Source: an uncultured Candidatus Saccharibacteria bacterium
GTDB taxonomy: Bacteria; Patescibacteriota; Minisyncoccia; UBA6257; 2-01-FULL-56-20
Direction of reading: 5' to 3'
Assembly: GCA_964568535.1 (NCBI GenBank)
Contig: CAZMPQ010000001.1
Location: 6,183 to 70,182 of the forward strand
DNA length: 64,000 nucleotides
Both the position numbers and the translations under genes were made by a program. The notes below the pieces were generated by a model. The model made no database searches and was not told the DNA's origin. It saw nothing but the letters and a program-made list of their open reading frames with translations. Shown here one piece after another: positions 10,034 to 19,118 of the stretch (positions within the stretch are counted from its first letter, which is position 1; the number at the start of each line of letters is the position of its first letter).

Positions 10034-10954
10034 CTATATCTTTCGTGAGAAGAACAAGCGCATCATCACCAAGATGTTCCACAGCTGTAATTTCAACCGC
10101 TCCCCGAATGACAGCCCCGGCGCACTCGCAATGTGACGCGCGACGTACCAGAAGTATGGCGAGGCAAAGATCTTTTCCAATCGGCGAGCGACCGTTACGG
10201 CAAGCCGCGGCAGGAACCATCGCGGCGGACGGTATTCATCCAGCACCCGCGAACGCCTAAAGAATCGTTTCTGCGGCACGAATCCCACCGGCCCGTTCGT
10301 GATACTTCGAAAGACGAGATAATTATCGAAACCCCAATAATAAGGATATCGATCGTCGCGCTCATGGGGACCAAAGAGCGGCTCACGGAGCACTGCGTTC
10401 CGGCGCCAGAGCCCGAAGATGAGTTGGAGCTTGCCATCGTCCATATAGAGCAGCATGTGCTGTTTGAGACGCTCGTAGAGCTCGTTTGCCGTCGGCATAT
10501 AGTCCCGCGGGTCGATGTGCTTGAATTCACGGCCATCCTTATCAATATCCACCATATCCGCGAAGACCAAGGATAACTCAGGGCGCGCGCGGAATGCCGC
10601 GAGGCAATCTTCTAAGAACTGCCTATCCCATAGATCATCATCGGAAGCCCAGATAAAATACTCCCCACGCGATTGCTGCACGATGAACTTGTAGCAACCG
10701 GGCGCGTTCAAGTTCTTTTTCTGCTGGAAATACCGCACGCGCGGATCCTTGCGCGCATATTCCTCGGCGATAGCGCGGGATTCCACGCCCTGCGGGTCGT
10801 CGTCGGAAATAATGAGCTCAAAATCCTTGAATGTCTGCGCAAGCCACGATTCTATCGTCCCGCGAAGGTAGTGCGGGCGTTTGTACGTCATGAGGCACAC
10901 GCTCACGAGCGGAGCTGCCGCGTTGAACGTTGCGGTGGTATTCTTCTCTTCCAT
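10034..10954 (-). CDS. glycosyltransferase family 2
   Basis: VSVCLMTYKRP, IISDD and WASDDDLW. Start placed at MEEKNT. Confidence 0.85.
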   Translation of the reverse strand: MEEKNTTATFNAAAPLVSVCLMTYKRPHYLRGTIESWLAQTFKDFELIISDDDPQGVESRAIAEEYARKDPRVRYFQQKKNLNAPGCYKFIVQQSRGEYFIWASDDDLWDRQFLEDCLAAFRARPELSLVFADMVDIDKDGREFKHIDPRDYMPTANELYERLKQHMLLYMDDGKLQLIFGLWRRNAVLREPLFGPHERDDRYPYYWGFDNYLVFRSITNGPVGFVPQKRFFRRSRVLDEYRPPRWFLPRLAVTVARRLEKIFASPYFWYVARHIASAPGLSFGERLKLQLWNILVMMRLFFSRKI

Positions 10955-10962
10955 GCGAGCGT

Positions 10963-11664
10963 TCAGAGCGTCGTCCGGAGCACGTGATACGCCTCTGCGA
11001 GCGTTCCGCCCATCTCCTTGCCATATATGCGCGCCAGGCGCTCCATATTCTCTACGCTCCGGGGAAACGGGTCTTTCCGCACCTGTGTCGTGTGGCAATG
11101 ATAAAGCTGTACTTTGAAATCCAACAAGTTGCCTTTTCCAAATTTTTCGCTCAGATCCAGATACGCGTTCGGCGTCCGCTGAGGACGGGAGCTCCAGGTA
11201 TACGGCTCAAAATATTCCAGCACGTGGTCCACGAAATGCCGCGCGGAGCGCGGAGTTGGCCGAAGTGCAGCTATGCATGCGTCGAACGTCGCGCGATGGT
11301 CCTGATTATAGCTGGACGACGCCGGCACAGCCATTATGGTGGGACGGAACTCCTCCAAGAGGTCGTCTAGGCGCTCCACGATGTCTTTCTGCGGGATAGC
11401 GTCGAGCTTTACATGGTCTTTCTGCACATACAGCACGCGCACATCCGCGCCCGTGAGCTTCTTTACCGCTTCAACCTCCTTCAAACGATCGGCTCCGCGC
11501 GTCTTCCCGGTAACAAGCTGACGGCTGTCGCCTACCCCCATGTAGAGGATAAGTACTTTTCCGCCCTCCTTCTTTACTTTGCCGATAAGCCCGCCGACGC
11601 CATCTGCTTCATCGTCAGGATGCGGAGCGACCACGAGAAGCCGCGCTGTGCGATCAATATGCAT
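10963..11664 (-). CDS. PIG-L/LmbE family deacetylase
   Basis: VVAPHPDDE, NQDH and TTQ...AEAY motifs. Confidence 0.88.
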   Translation of the reverse strand: MHIDRTARLLVVAPHPDDEADGVGGLIGKVKKEGGKVLILYMGVGDSRQLVTGKTRGADRLKEVEAVKKLTGADVRVLYVQKDHVKLDAIPQKDIVERLDDLLEEFRPTIMAVPASSSYNQDHRATFDACIAALRPTPRSARHFVDHVLEYFEPYTWSSRPQRTPNAYLDLSEKFGKGNLLDFKVQLYHCHTTQVRKDPFPRSVENMERLARIYGKEMGGTLAEAYHVLRTTL

Positions 11665-11701
11665 ATGTTTTTGTATCGGGGGTGCACCCCCTGTATCTAT
11701 T

Positions 11702-12808
11702 CTACGCAAGATGCCCGAGTTTGCGAAGCTGCCGGGCAAGCGCGGCATGACTCAGCTTCTCCGCGTTCTCAGAACTATATACCTGCCCCGTAACAAGCGT
11801 TCCACCGGAGACATGATACTCGGCAAGTTGAGGCATGTGGTCCGCAAGGAATTTGTACGGTAACACGACAAAATGCCTGGGGAATTCCCATATCCGCCCC
11901 ATCTCATCCTGCGACACGAGCACTTCATGGAATTTCTCTCCCGGCCGCGCACCGATGCGCTCACGTTTCGTTCGCGCGTTTCCTAACTCCTTGATCATCA
12001 CTGTAGCAAGCGTTCCGACATCAACCGCGGCCATTTTCGGGATGAATATCTCGCCACCCCTTCCTTCCACGCCCATACGCAGCGCGAACGTCGCGAGGTC
12101 CTGAGGTATCTCCAAAAATCGCGTCATCCGTTCATCAGTTATCGTCACTTTGTTCCGACGCCTGATCTGTTCGCGGAACAGCGGCACAACGCTCCCGTGG
12201 CTTCCCGTGAGATTCCCGGAACGGACGCAGACGAATTTTGTCTCGGGCGAGTGCGCGTTCGCTGCGATGAACATCTTTTCGGCGATGGCTTTCGTATACC
12301 CATAATTATTAGACGGGTCGGCAGCTTTGTCGGATGAAATAAGAACCGCGCGGGGTACTCCGCTTGCCTTCGCTGCCTCGATCACATTCCGAGTCCCAAC
12401 CACGTTCGTCAGTACGAACTCCCAGATGTGCTGCTCGCCAACGGGCACATGTTTCAATGCCGCAAGGTGGAATACCACGTCCATCCCCCGCATGACCTCT
12501 GCTAAGCGTTCTCGGTCGCGTACGTCACCGATATAAAAGTGCAGGCGCGGATCCGCAAAATCACGCGCCATTTCCACTTGCGCGTTCTCGCCGCGGCTCA
12601 TAATGCGTACTTCGGCAGGGTCGTGCCTCAGGAGCTCTGCGGTCACTGCCTGGCCATACGAACCTGTGCCACCGGTGATGAGTATCCGCTTTCTCGCATA
12701 GAACGGCATCGGCTCTGCGGCTTTCGCTTTTGCGGCCCGGCGGCGTGACGGTGCGGCATGCTTCCGTTGGGCGATCACTCGGGGCCGTTTTGTAGCTTGT
12801 TTTTTCAT
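11702..12808 (-). CDS. UDP-GlcNAc 4,6-dehydratase (CapD/PseB/FnlA-like)
   Basis: TGGTGSYG, AALKHVP, SSDKA, GSHGSVVPLF, MTRF and RPGEKFHE motifs. Confidence 0.9.
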   Translation of the reverse strand: MKKQATKRPRVIAQRKHAAPSRRRAAKAKAAEPMPFYARKRILITGGTGSYGQAVTAELLRHDPAEVRIMSRGENAQVEMARDFADPRLHFYIGDVRDRERLAEVMRGMDVVFHLAALKHVPVGEQHIWEFVLTNVVGTRNVIEAAKASGVPRAVLISSDKAADPSNNYGYTKAIAEKMFIAANAHSPETKFVCVRSGNLTGSHGSVVPLFREQIRRRNKVTITDERMTRFLEIPQDLATFALRMGVEGRGGEIFIPKMAAVDVGTLATVMIKELGNARTKRERIGARPGEKFHEVLVSQDEMGRIWEFPRHFVVLPYKFLADHMPQLAEYHVSGGTLVTGQVYSSENAEKLSHAALARQLRKLGHLA

Positions 12809-12874
12809 GGTAGTGGTCCGAAAAATCCCACACAGAATACAACTTCTGGCGGCGTTACGTCAAGCGATTCTCAA

Positions 12875-13432
12875 TTACGAGAACAGATCTGATTCCGGAC
12901 GAGCAAGCCACTTTTTGAAGCTCTGCGCTGCCGCATCTTTTTCGGAGAGAATGGGGTCTTTGACCGGCCACGCAACACCGATATCTGGGTCGTTCCATCG
13001 GATGCTTGATTCCGCGTTCGCGTTCCGCAATGCGGTATAAAGATATTGCACATCGGCCGGCGCCTCAAGCGTGCAGAATCCGAACGCGAATCCCGGCGGA
13101 CAGTAGAGCGCCTTGCGGTTCTCCGCGCCTAACTCCAGGCCAAACCACTTGCCCAAGGTCGGCGATTTCTTGCGGATATCTACGCCGACGGCGAACGCCT
13201 TCCCGCCGATGACGCGCACAAATTTCCCGAGCGGCTTATCCCATTGGAAATGAAGCGCGCGAACAACACCTGCCTTGGATGACGAAAGGTTCTGCTGAAC
13301 GAATGCGATCGGCGCGCCGCGCTCCACGAGGCGATCCTGCCGGAAAAGCTCCATGAAATACCCTCGCTCGTCGGGAATCGCCTCGGGTGTTATGACGAGG
13401 AGTCCCGCAAGCCCAGTTTCTTCAATGATCAT
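12875..13432 (-). CDS. rfbC: dTDP-4-dehydrorhamnose 3,5-epimerase
   Basis: DERGYFME, VRALHFQ, VDIRKKSPT, WNDPDIGVAWP and LSEKD motifs. Confidence 0.9.
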   Translation of the reverse strand: MIIEETGLAGLLVITPEAIPDERGYFMELFRQDRLVERGAPIAFVQQNLSSSKAGVVRALHFQWDKPLGKFVRVIGGKAFAVGVDIRKKSPTLGKWFGLELGAENRKALYCPPGFAFGFCTLEAPADVQYLYTALRNANAESSIRWNDPDIGVAWPVKDPILSEKDAAAQSFKKWLARPESDLFS

Positions 13433-13439
13433 GAAAAGC

Positions 13440-14672
13440 TCAACGGTAGCGCGCAAGGAACGCTCCGAAGACCTGTTTTATGCGCGCGATGTGCTTCGAA
13501 GTGATGCCCTGATGGCACCCGATGAGGAACGCGTTCTGCATCACGCGGTCTGCGACGGGATAACCGTCCGGGTTCTCGTGGCGAAGCGCATGCTCAAAGC
13601 CCGGCTGGCGCATAATGTTCCCGGTCATCACCGGACGCGTCTGAATGTTCTGTTCCTCCAGATATTTCGTTATCTCGAAGCGCGTGAACGGCGCTTCCTT
13701 CCGCACAATGAGCGGGAATGTAAGCCAGTTCACCTCGGCGTTCGCCGGCTCTTCCGCCAAGACGAAGTAGTGTTCATACTGCTTGAAATATTTGAGCAGC
13801 TCGTCGAAGTTCCGACGGCGGAGCGCGGCGAACTTCGGCAGACGCTTCAGTTGCTCAAGGCCGAACGCAGCCGACAGTTCAAGTGGCTGGAAGTTGTAGC
13901 CAATCTCCGTAAAGAGGAATTTTGCGTCATAGGGTTTACCGTTCAGCGTGCTCGTAAACCGCCGCTTGATCTCCTCGGACTTCTCGTAGAATCCGAAGAG
14001 TGTTGATTGTCGCCCCCAGTTCGCCAGGACTTTCGCTTTTTGCGCAAGCTTCGGGTCATGAAAACAGACCATTCCCCCGCCACCGGCGGCAGTCACAATA
14101 TGCGAAGCGTAGAAACTCGTTGTGGATACGTCGGAATACACACCGCTCCGTTTCCCGCGAAACTTCCCGCCGATCGTATCGCAGGAATCCTCAATGAACC
14201 ATAGCTTGTGTTTCTTCGCGATGCGCTGGAGTTTCGCGAGATCCGGGAAGTTCCCGATGAGCGACGGTATCATGAGCGCTTTTGTCTTTCGCGTTATTTT
14301 CCGTTCTATCTTCGCAGCGTCGATGTTATACGTGCGCAACTTGACGTCCACGAAGACCGGCTTCAACCCTTTCTGCAAAAGCGGTGCGACAGTCGTAGAG
14401 AACGTGAGCGCCGGCGTGATGACCTCTGCGCCGCGTGGGATATCCAACGCTTCAAGCGCGATGAGATTTGCCGAGGAGCCCGAGTTCGTCATCACCGCAT
14501 ACTTCTTGCCGAAGAGCTTCGCAGTCGCAAGCTCAAAATCGCGGACGTTCGGCCCAGCCACGATCTTCTCGGGATTGCTCAATACGCGGAGCACCGCATT
14601 CACCTCCTCCTTCCCATATACCGTCCGGGCGTAAGAAACCCGGAGTCCTTCCCGTGTGTGTTTTTGTCCCAT
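13440..14672 (-). CDS. DegT-family PLP/PMP enzyme of the RfbH/ColD 3-dehydratase type
   Basis: NSGSSANL and EDSCD motifs. SFYASHIVT carries His at the catalytic Lys position. Confidence 0.8.
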   Translation of the reverse strand: MGQKHTREGLRVSYARTVYGKEEVNAVLRVLSNPEKIVAGPNVRDFELATAKLFGKKYAVMTNSGSSANLIALEALDIPRGAEVITPALTFSTTVAPLLQKGLKPVFVDVKLRTYNIDAAKIERKITRKTKALMIPSLIGNFPDLAKLQRIAKKHKLWFIEDSCDTIGGKFRGKRSGVYSDVSTTSFYASHIVTAAGGGGMVCFHDPKLAQKAKVLANWGRQSTLFGFYEKSEEIKRRFTSTLNGKPYDAKFLFTEIGYNFQPLELSAAFGLEQLKRLPKFAALRRRNFDELLKYFKQYEHYFVLAEEPANAEVNWLTFPLIVRKEAPFTRFEITKYLEEQNIQTRPVMTGNIMRQPGFEHALRHENPDGYPVADRVMQNAFLIGCHQGITSKHIARIKQVFGAFLARYR

Positions 14673-14700
14673 GAAAGTATCGTTCTCTTGTTAGTCCATT

Positions 14701-15636
14701 CTATCTCACCTTGAGCCATTCTGTCATCCGCTCAATGCCCATCCGCAGGTCGCATGCCGGCCGCCACGGGAGCGCGGCGAAGGTTTTTGTCATGTTCGCC
14801 TGCTGGCATCCTTTGTCGTACGCCACGGCCTTCGCGCCGCCCCACACCAGCTTGCTCCGCGAGCCGGTCAGCGTAAATGTAACGTCTACGAGCTCCTTGA
14901 GCGTCACTGCCTTACCGCACGCGGCATTCAACACTTCTCCCGCAAGCTTGCCGGCATGTTCCGCCGCCTGCATGTAGAGTTGAACGAGATCGTCTATAAA
15001 AATGAAGTCGCGGCTCACGTCGGGACTTGTGAGCGTAATGTCCTCGTTCCGCAACGCCTTGCGGACGACCGCTTCCACGAGGCGGCCCTCTTCCATCTGC
15101 GGTCCATACGGCGAGAAGATGCGAAGCGCGACCACGGGCTTTCCCGCGTTCCGCGCGACCGTTTGCCCGTAGAGCGTCATCGCGAGCTTGGTCAGTGCGT
15201 ATATTTCGAGCGGCTCGCATCGGTCGCTTTCCTTGAGCGGCGTCTCGTGCGTTCCATACTCTAAATAGCTCCCACTGTTCACGAAGAACGCGTAATCCAC
15301 GTGCTCCAACGCTTGGAACAAGCGGATAGTGTTTCCGATGTTCGCGCGAATAAGCTCATCCTCCGCCGCAGCAACGCCTTGCTTAATATTGGATGCCGCG
15401 CAGTGGAACACGCCCGACGGGTTCAGTTCGGTGAGAAGTTTTTTGAGCCGCGGGGCGTCCGTCATGTCGTCACGGACGACCGCGAGCTGCGGCAAGATGT
15501 CCGCGATGCGGTGCGTGTCCGTCGTCTCTCTTATGAGCACTGCCGCCGGCCGCCCGTCCCGCACGAGCCGATGCAGTAGATGGCTACCGATAAATCCTGC
15601 TCCGCCGGTCACGAGTACCGGCCGTTCATTCTTCAT
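14701..15636 (-). CDS. NAD-dependent epimerase/dehydratase (nucleotide-sugar reductase-like)
   Basis: TGGAGFIG, GSYLEYG, YALTK and RDFIFIDD motifs. Confidence 0.88.
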   Translation of the reverse strand: MKNERPVLVTGGAGFIGSHLLHRLVRDGRPAAVLIRETTDTHRIADILPQLAVVRDDMTDAPRLKKLLTELNPSGVFHCAASNIKQGVAAAEDELIRANIGNTIRLFQALEHVDYAFFVNSGSYLEYGTHETPLKESDRCEPLEIYALTKLAMTLYGQTVARNAGKPVVALRIFSPYGPQMEEGRLVEAVVRKALRNEDITLTSPDVSRDFIFIDDLVQLYMQAAEHAGKLAGEVLNAACGKAVTLKELVDVTFTLTGSRSKLVWGGAKAVAYDKGCQQANMTKTFAALPWRPACDLRMGIERMTEWLKVR

Positions 15637-15680
15637 AATGGGCCTAGTGTAGTACGGAAGTCAGAGCGAATCAATGAAAA

Positions 15681-15713
15681 CGGCCTCGCGCGGAGCGTGT
15701 CCACGCGAGGCCG
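15681..15713 (-). terminator. intrinsic terminator after the 15735-16765 gene pair
   Basis: CGGCCTCGCG...CGCGAGGCCG stem followed by TTTT on the minus strand. Confidence 0.65.
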
Positions 15714-15734
15714 AATTACCGAAGCTGTTGATGG

Positions 15735-16064
15735 TCAGTTCATGAACCCCCAGCCCGGGGCTCTCAAGTTACGCCGGAGGAATTCCTTGACCTCGGCGTT
15801 CGCCGACGAGATCATGCGTGGCTTCTCCACGTGCATGAGACAGAGCACCTCTTGACGCTTTGGGAACAACCCCAACCGCTTCCCTGGCGGGCGCACGCGC
15901 ACGGCATATCCCCAGCACGCCTCCATCGGGTCGATGGCGACATCCCGGAAGAGCCACTCCACCGCCAGCTCCCCGCTCACTTTCGCGGCGAGGATGTTCA
16001 TCGCCTGTTCTGCCACGGACTTCGCCTCCAACGCTTCCGCCGACTCCCTGGTCGTTGCGAGCAT
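15735..16064 (-). CDS. hypothetical protein
   Basis: 109-aa ORF with AAGGAG Shine-Dalgarno, followed by a terminator. Confidence 0.6.
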   Translation of the reverse strand: MLATTRESAEALEAKSVAEQAMNILAAKVSGELAVEWLFRDVAIDPMEACWGYAVRVRPPGKRLGLFPKRQEVLCLMHVEKPRMISSANAEVKEFLRRNLRAPGWGFMN

Positions 16065-16102
16065 GCTTTTCTCCTTTCAGCTTATCTAACAGATTGTCAA
16101 CG

Positions 16103-16765
16103 CTAGAGCGTGATGCCGACGAGGCCGAGGTCGGCGTACTGCTTCTCCACGCCGGCGACGAAGACCGCGAGCTGCGCGGCGTAACGATTCGCGAGGTCGC
16201 GGCCTCGTGGGGTCCGCATCGGGTGGAGCATCTCGTAGCAAACGCGTACGCCGTCCAACGCCGAGCACGGCTCATCCCATGTCGTTCTGGGATTCCGTCT
16301 CCCAGCGAGGTACCCGAACTCCATGGCCGGCACTTCGGCATAGAGCTGTGCCGCACGGATCACAACCGAGAGCATGATGTTCGCAAGGCGGTCGGCGTCC
16401 ATCAGGACGCACTGGACGAGCGAGTCGTCGTCGCGCGGCTCTCGGTGTCGCATGACCGACTCAAAGATGTCGTCCAGCTCTTCCCGTGTGAAGTATCCGC
16501 TCGGCAGGTACTCCAGATGCGCCGCCACGATGTCTCGCACGTACGCCCCCTTCTCCACGATGCGATCCACCGAGTGGAGCAGGCCGGCGCAGAATGCGAG
16601 CTCCGCGGTCCGCGCGTCCGGCGCGAGCCAGATGGCGAGCGCAGCGACCGTCACGTCGTGATCCAGTCCGTGGCCGCGATGCGGCCGCTTGGACGTCTCG
16701 TGCAGACGCTTCACCGCATCGTAGAACTCCTGGAACCGTTCCCGATATTCCTCGAATGCGCTCAT
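16103..16765 (-). CDS. HD-superfamily protein (HS in place of HD)
   Basis: HRGHGLDH...LLHSVD...RH...DADRL spacing. GAGGAGG Shine-Dalgarno. Confidence 0.7.
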   Translation of the reverse strand: MSAFEEYRERFQEFYDAVKRLHETSKRPHRGHGLDHDVTVAALAIWLAPDARTAELAFCAGLLHSVDRIVEKGAYVRDIVAAHLEYLPSGYFTREELDDIFESVMRHREPRDDDSLVQCVLMDADRLANIMLSVVIRAAQLYAEVPAMEFGYLAGRRNPRTTWDEPCSALDGVRVCYEMLHPMRTPRGRDLANRYAAQLAVFVAGVEKQYADLGLVGITL

Positions 16766-16818
16766 CGGCGCACCTCCTCAAGCCTGCCGAACACCCGCCC
16801 GGCAGATAGCTGGGCAAT

Positions 16819-16847
16819 ATTATAGTAGAAAAATTCTACAAAGTCAA
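16819..16847 (-). promoter_or_regulatory. near-consensus promoter TTGACT-17-TATAAT with palindromic spacer GTAGAA-N3-TTCTAC
   Basis: Read directly from the sequence. The -35 overlaps the stop codon of the upstream gene. Confidence 0.7.
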
Positions 16848-18367
16848 TCTTCTGCGCCGGCTCCACCGCACTCGTACGCCGCGAAACCGTATCCCGGCAT
16901 GGTGTTCGTGAGTTGCACGCCGAGGATGCGCGGCACGCCGCGAGTCAGGTGGTCAACAATGAGCGCGCACCCCTCGGCCTCTTGCGGGATCGCAACTTCC
17001 GAACCATTCTCCCCGCGCAGATACGTGCGGTCCAGGACCATCAACCGACGTTCAGGCAACACGACTAATGGAAGAACGTCTCCCGAGTAGTGCATCCGGC
17101 TATATTCTTCTGAAATCACCCACAAGTTCCCCGCGACGAACACTTCATCACTGGGATATTGCGCCAAGATCGGAGCGAACTCCTCGCGCGCCTCGGCGAT
17201 GCCCATCCCCCGCTCCAGATATGCTGGGAACGCGAATACGGTCTTGAGTGAGATGAGCGCGAAGAGGACGAGAAACGCGAGCGCTCCGTATCGCGCCCAG
17301 CGCGGAAGCGCGCCTTGCGTCAGATATCTGACGATGAACGCGAACACGATGAGCGCAAAAAGTGTCGCGTAGTAGGTCTTCGTGCCCATGAAGACCATCT
17401 TCACCAAGAGTCCCGCGAGCGCCGCGGCAAAAAGCAGAAAGAGCGGCAGCGAACGGATCTCGCCGCGGATGCGCACAAAGAGCCGGAACGCCGCGAACGC
17501 GAGGAATACGCCAACGACGGCGTAGGAAAGCGCATACGTGCTCTTCAAGAATGCAGCAGCGTTCCGCAGTTCTATCTTCGCGACCTCAAGGTCCGCGTGG
17601 CGCGATACGCCCTGGAGCGTTTCCGCAATGCTGTACGGCGAGAACTGCATGACGAGGAGATACGTCATGAGCGCGATGCCCGCTACCATCGCAAGCTTCG
17701 TGAGCGCTTCGCGCCACGGATACCGGAACGAGATGTAGAGTCCCACGAGAAGCGGCGAGAACATCGCGCCGAACGGATGGATCGCGGGCATGAGACCAAC
17801 TGCGACACCGCACGCCGCAAGCACCGTCCGCTCGCGCTTCGCGGCGAGTACGATAAGACAAACAATGAGCAGCAAGACGGCTTCCAGGTTCTCCGGGCGC
17901 GCCATATTATTCCATACGGAACGCAAGATGATACAGAGCGATGCCGTGATGAGCAGAACGCCGTATCCCGTGAGCGGCGTGCCGCCGGACGTCGCGACGC
18001 GGAAGAAGAACGTGCCCGCGAGAAGCGCGACTGCTGCGGCGAAAAAACCCATCACCGTCATCGCCTGCTGCGGCAGCGGCATGGCGAACGAGGGCGAGAT
18101 GAGCGTCCCCACGACGAGCTGCAGGAGCGGCGGGAAATAGAGATACCGGTCCGCGCCCGTCGGGTCGCCCCAGGACGTGCGCGTGTCGGTCAGTGGGTTC
18201 ATGAGCCCGTCGCCCATCGCCCAGTTTATCGCCGGAGGGATGAAGAACGACGCGTCGTGATAGCCGTTCAGCGAGTGCCCCGTCGCGCCGAACGCCGCGG
18301 TCATCACCGCAAGCGCGAGCACGATGCCCGCGAGGACGTTCGGCCAGATGTTCCGGGTAGGTTCCAT
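16844..18367 (-). CDS. multi-pass membrane protein, putative GT-C fold glycosyltransferase
   Basis: About 11-12 hydrophobic segments, N-terminal loop D..F..P...YFPPL and an RPE motif. Paralog of 34957-36432, and adjacent to a DPM-like GT2. Confidence 0.65.
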   Translation of the reverse strand: MEPTRNIWPNVLAGIVLALAVMTAAFGATGHSLNGYHDASFFIPPAINWAMGDGLMNPLTDTRTSWGDPTGADRYLYFPPLLQLVVGTLISPSFAMPLPQQAMTVMGFFAAAVALLAGTFFFRVATSGGTPLTGYGVLLITASLCIILRSVWNNMARPENLEAVLLLIVCLIVLAAKRERTVLAACGVAVGLMPAIHPFGAMFSPLLVGLYISFRYPWREALTKLAMVAGIALMTYLLVMQFSPYSIAETLQGVSRHADLEVAKIELRNAAAFLKSTYALSYAVVGVFLAFAAFRLFVRIRGEIRSLPLFLLFAAALAGLLVKMVFMGTKTYYATLFALIVFAFIVRYLTQGALPRWARYGALAFLVLFALISLKTVFAFPAYLERGMGIAEAREEFAPILAQYPSDEVFVAGNLWVISEEYSRMHYSGDVLPLVVLPERRLMVLDRTYLRGENGSEVAIPQEAEGCALIVDHLTRGVPRILGVQLTNTMPGYGFAAYECGGAGAED

Positions 18368-18368
18368 A

Positions 18369-19106
18369 TTAGAAATCATAATAGCCACGCAGATACCGCC
18401 ACATGATCTTCAAGATGTTCAAGCCGTACTGGATGGGCTTCAGGTGGCTCACTTCGTCCGCATAGCGGGTCGGAATGGGCAGTTCCGTAACGCCCAGCCC
18501 TTTCTTTGCGCCAACCAAAAGCATCTCGCCGTCAAAATGGAACGTGTCCGATAGCTTTATGAACGGAATGGTCTGCAGCGCCTTCCGCGAGTAGAGCATG
18601 TATCCCGAGTGGTACTCCGCAAAACGGAGCCCGTAGACCAGATTCTCCATTGTGCTCAGCACGATGTTCGCGATCCACTTATAGAGCGGCATCCCGCCGC
18701 GCAACGCGTCGCGTTTCCGCATCATGCGCGAGCCCTGGACGATATCAGCGCCCTCCTCGGCGAACGGCCGCAGCAGCGTCGGCAACATTTCCGGCGCATA
18801 CTGGCCGTCTGCATGGAGCAAGGCCACGATATCCGCGCCGCGCGCAACAGCTTCAGCGAACGCGCTTTTCTGCGCACGCGCGTAACCCTCGTTCTTCGGC
18901 TTGTCTAACATCGATATCCGGTCGCCCCATCGCGAGCGTATCTCGGCTATCTTCTGCCTTGTCCCGTCGGTGCTTCCGTCATTCACGATGATGACCGAAG
19001 TGCCTGCGTCCCACACCTCCTGTGGGATGCGCTCAAAGACCGAGACGAGCGTCTTCTCGGCGTTATACGCTGGTACGACGATCGTGATACGCTTGCCGTT
19101 CGTCAT
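18369..19106 (-). CDS. GT2, polyprenol-phosphate glycosyltransferase (DPM1-like)
   Basis: VPAYNAE, NDGSTD, HADGQY, GSR and FDGEML motifs. Confidence 0.88.
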   Translation of the reverse strand: MTNGKRITIVVPAYNAEKTLVSVFERIPQEVWDAGTSVIIVNDGSTDGTRQKIAEIRSRWGDRISMLDKPKNEGYARAQKSAFAEAVARGADIVALLHADGQYAPEMLPTLLRPFAEEGADIVQGSRMMRKRDALRGGMPLYKWIANIVLSTMENLVYGLRFAEYHSGYMLYSRKALQTIPFIKLSDTFHFDGEMLLVGAKKGLGVTELPIPTRYADEVSHLKPIQYGLNILKIMWRYLRGYYDF

Positions 19107-19118
19107 GAAAGCGGCGCC

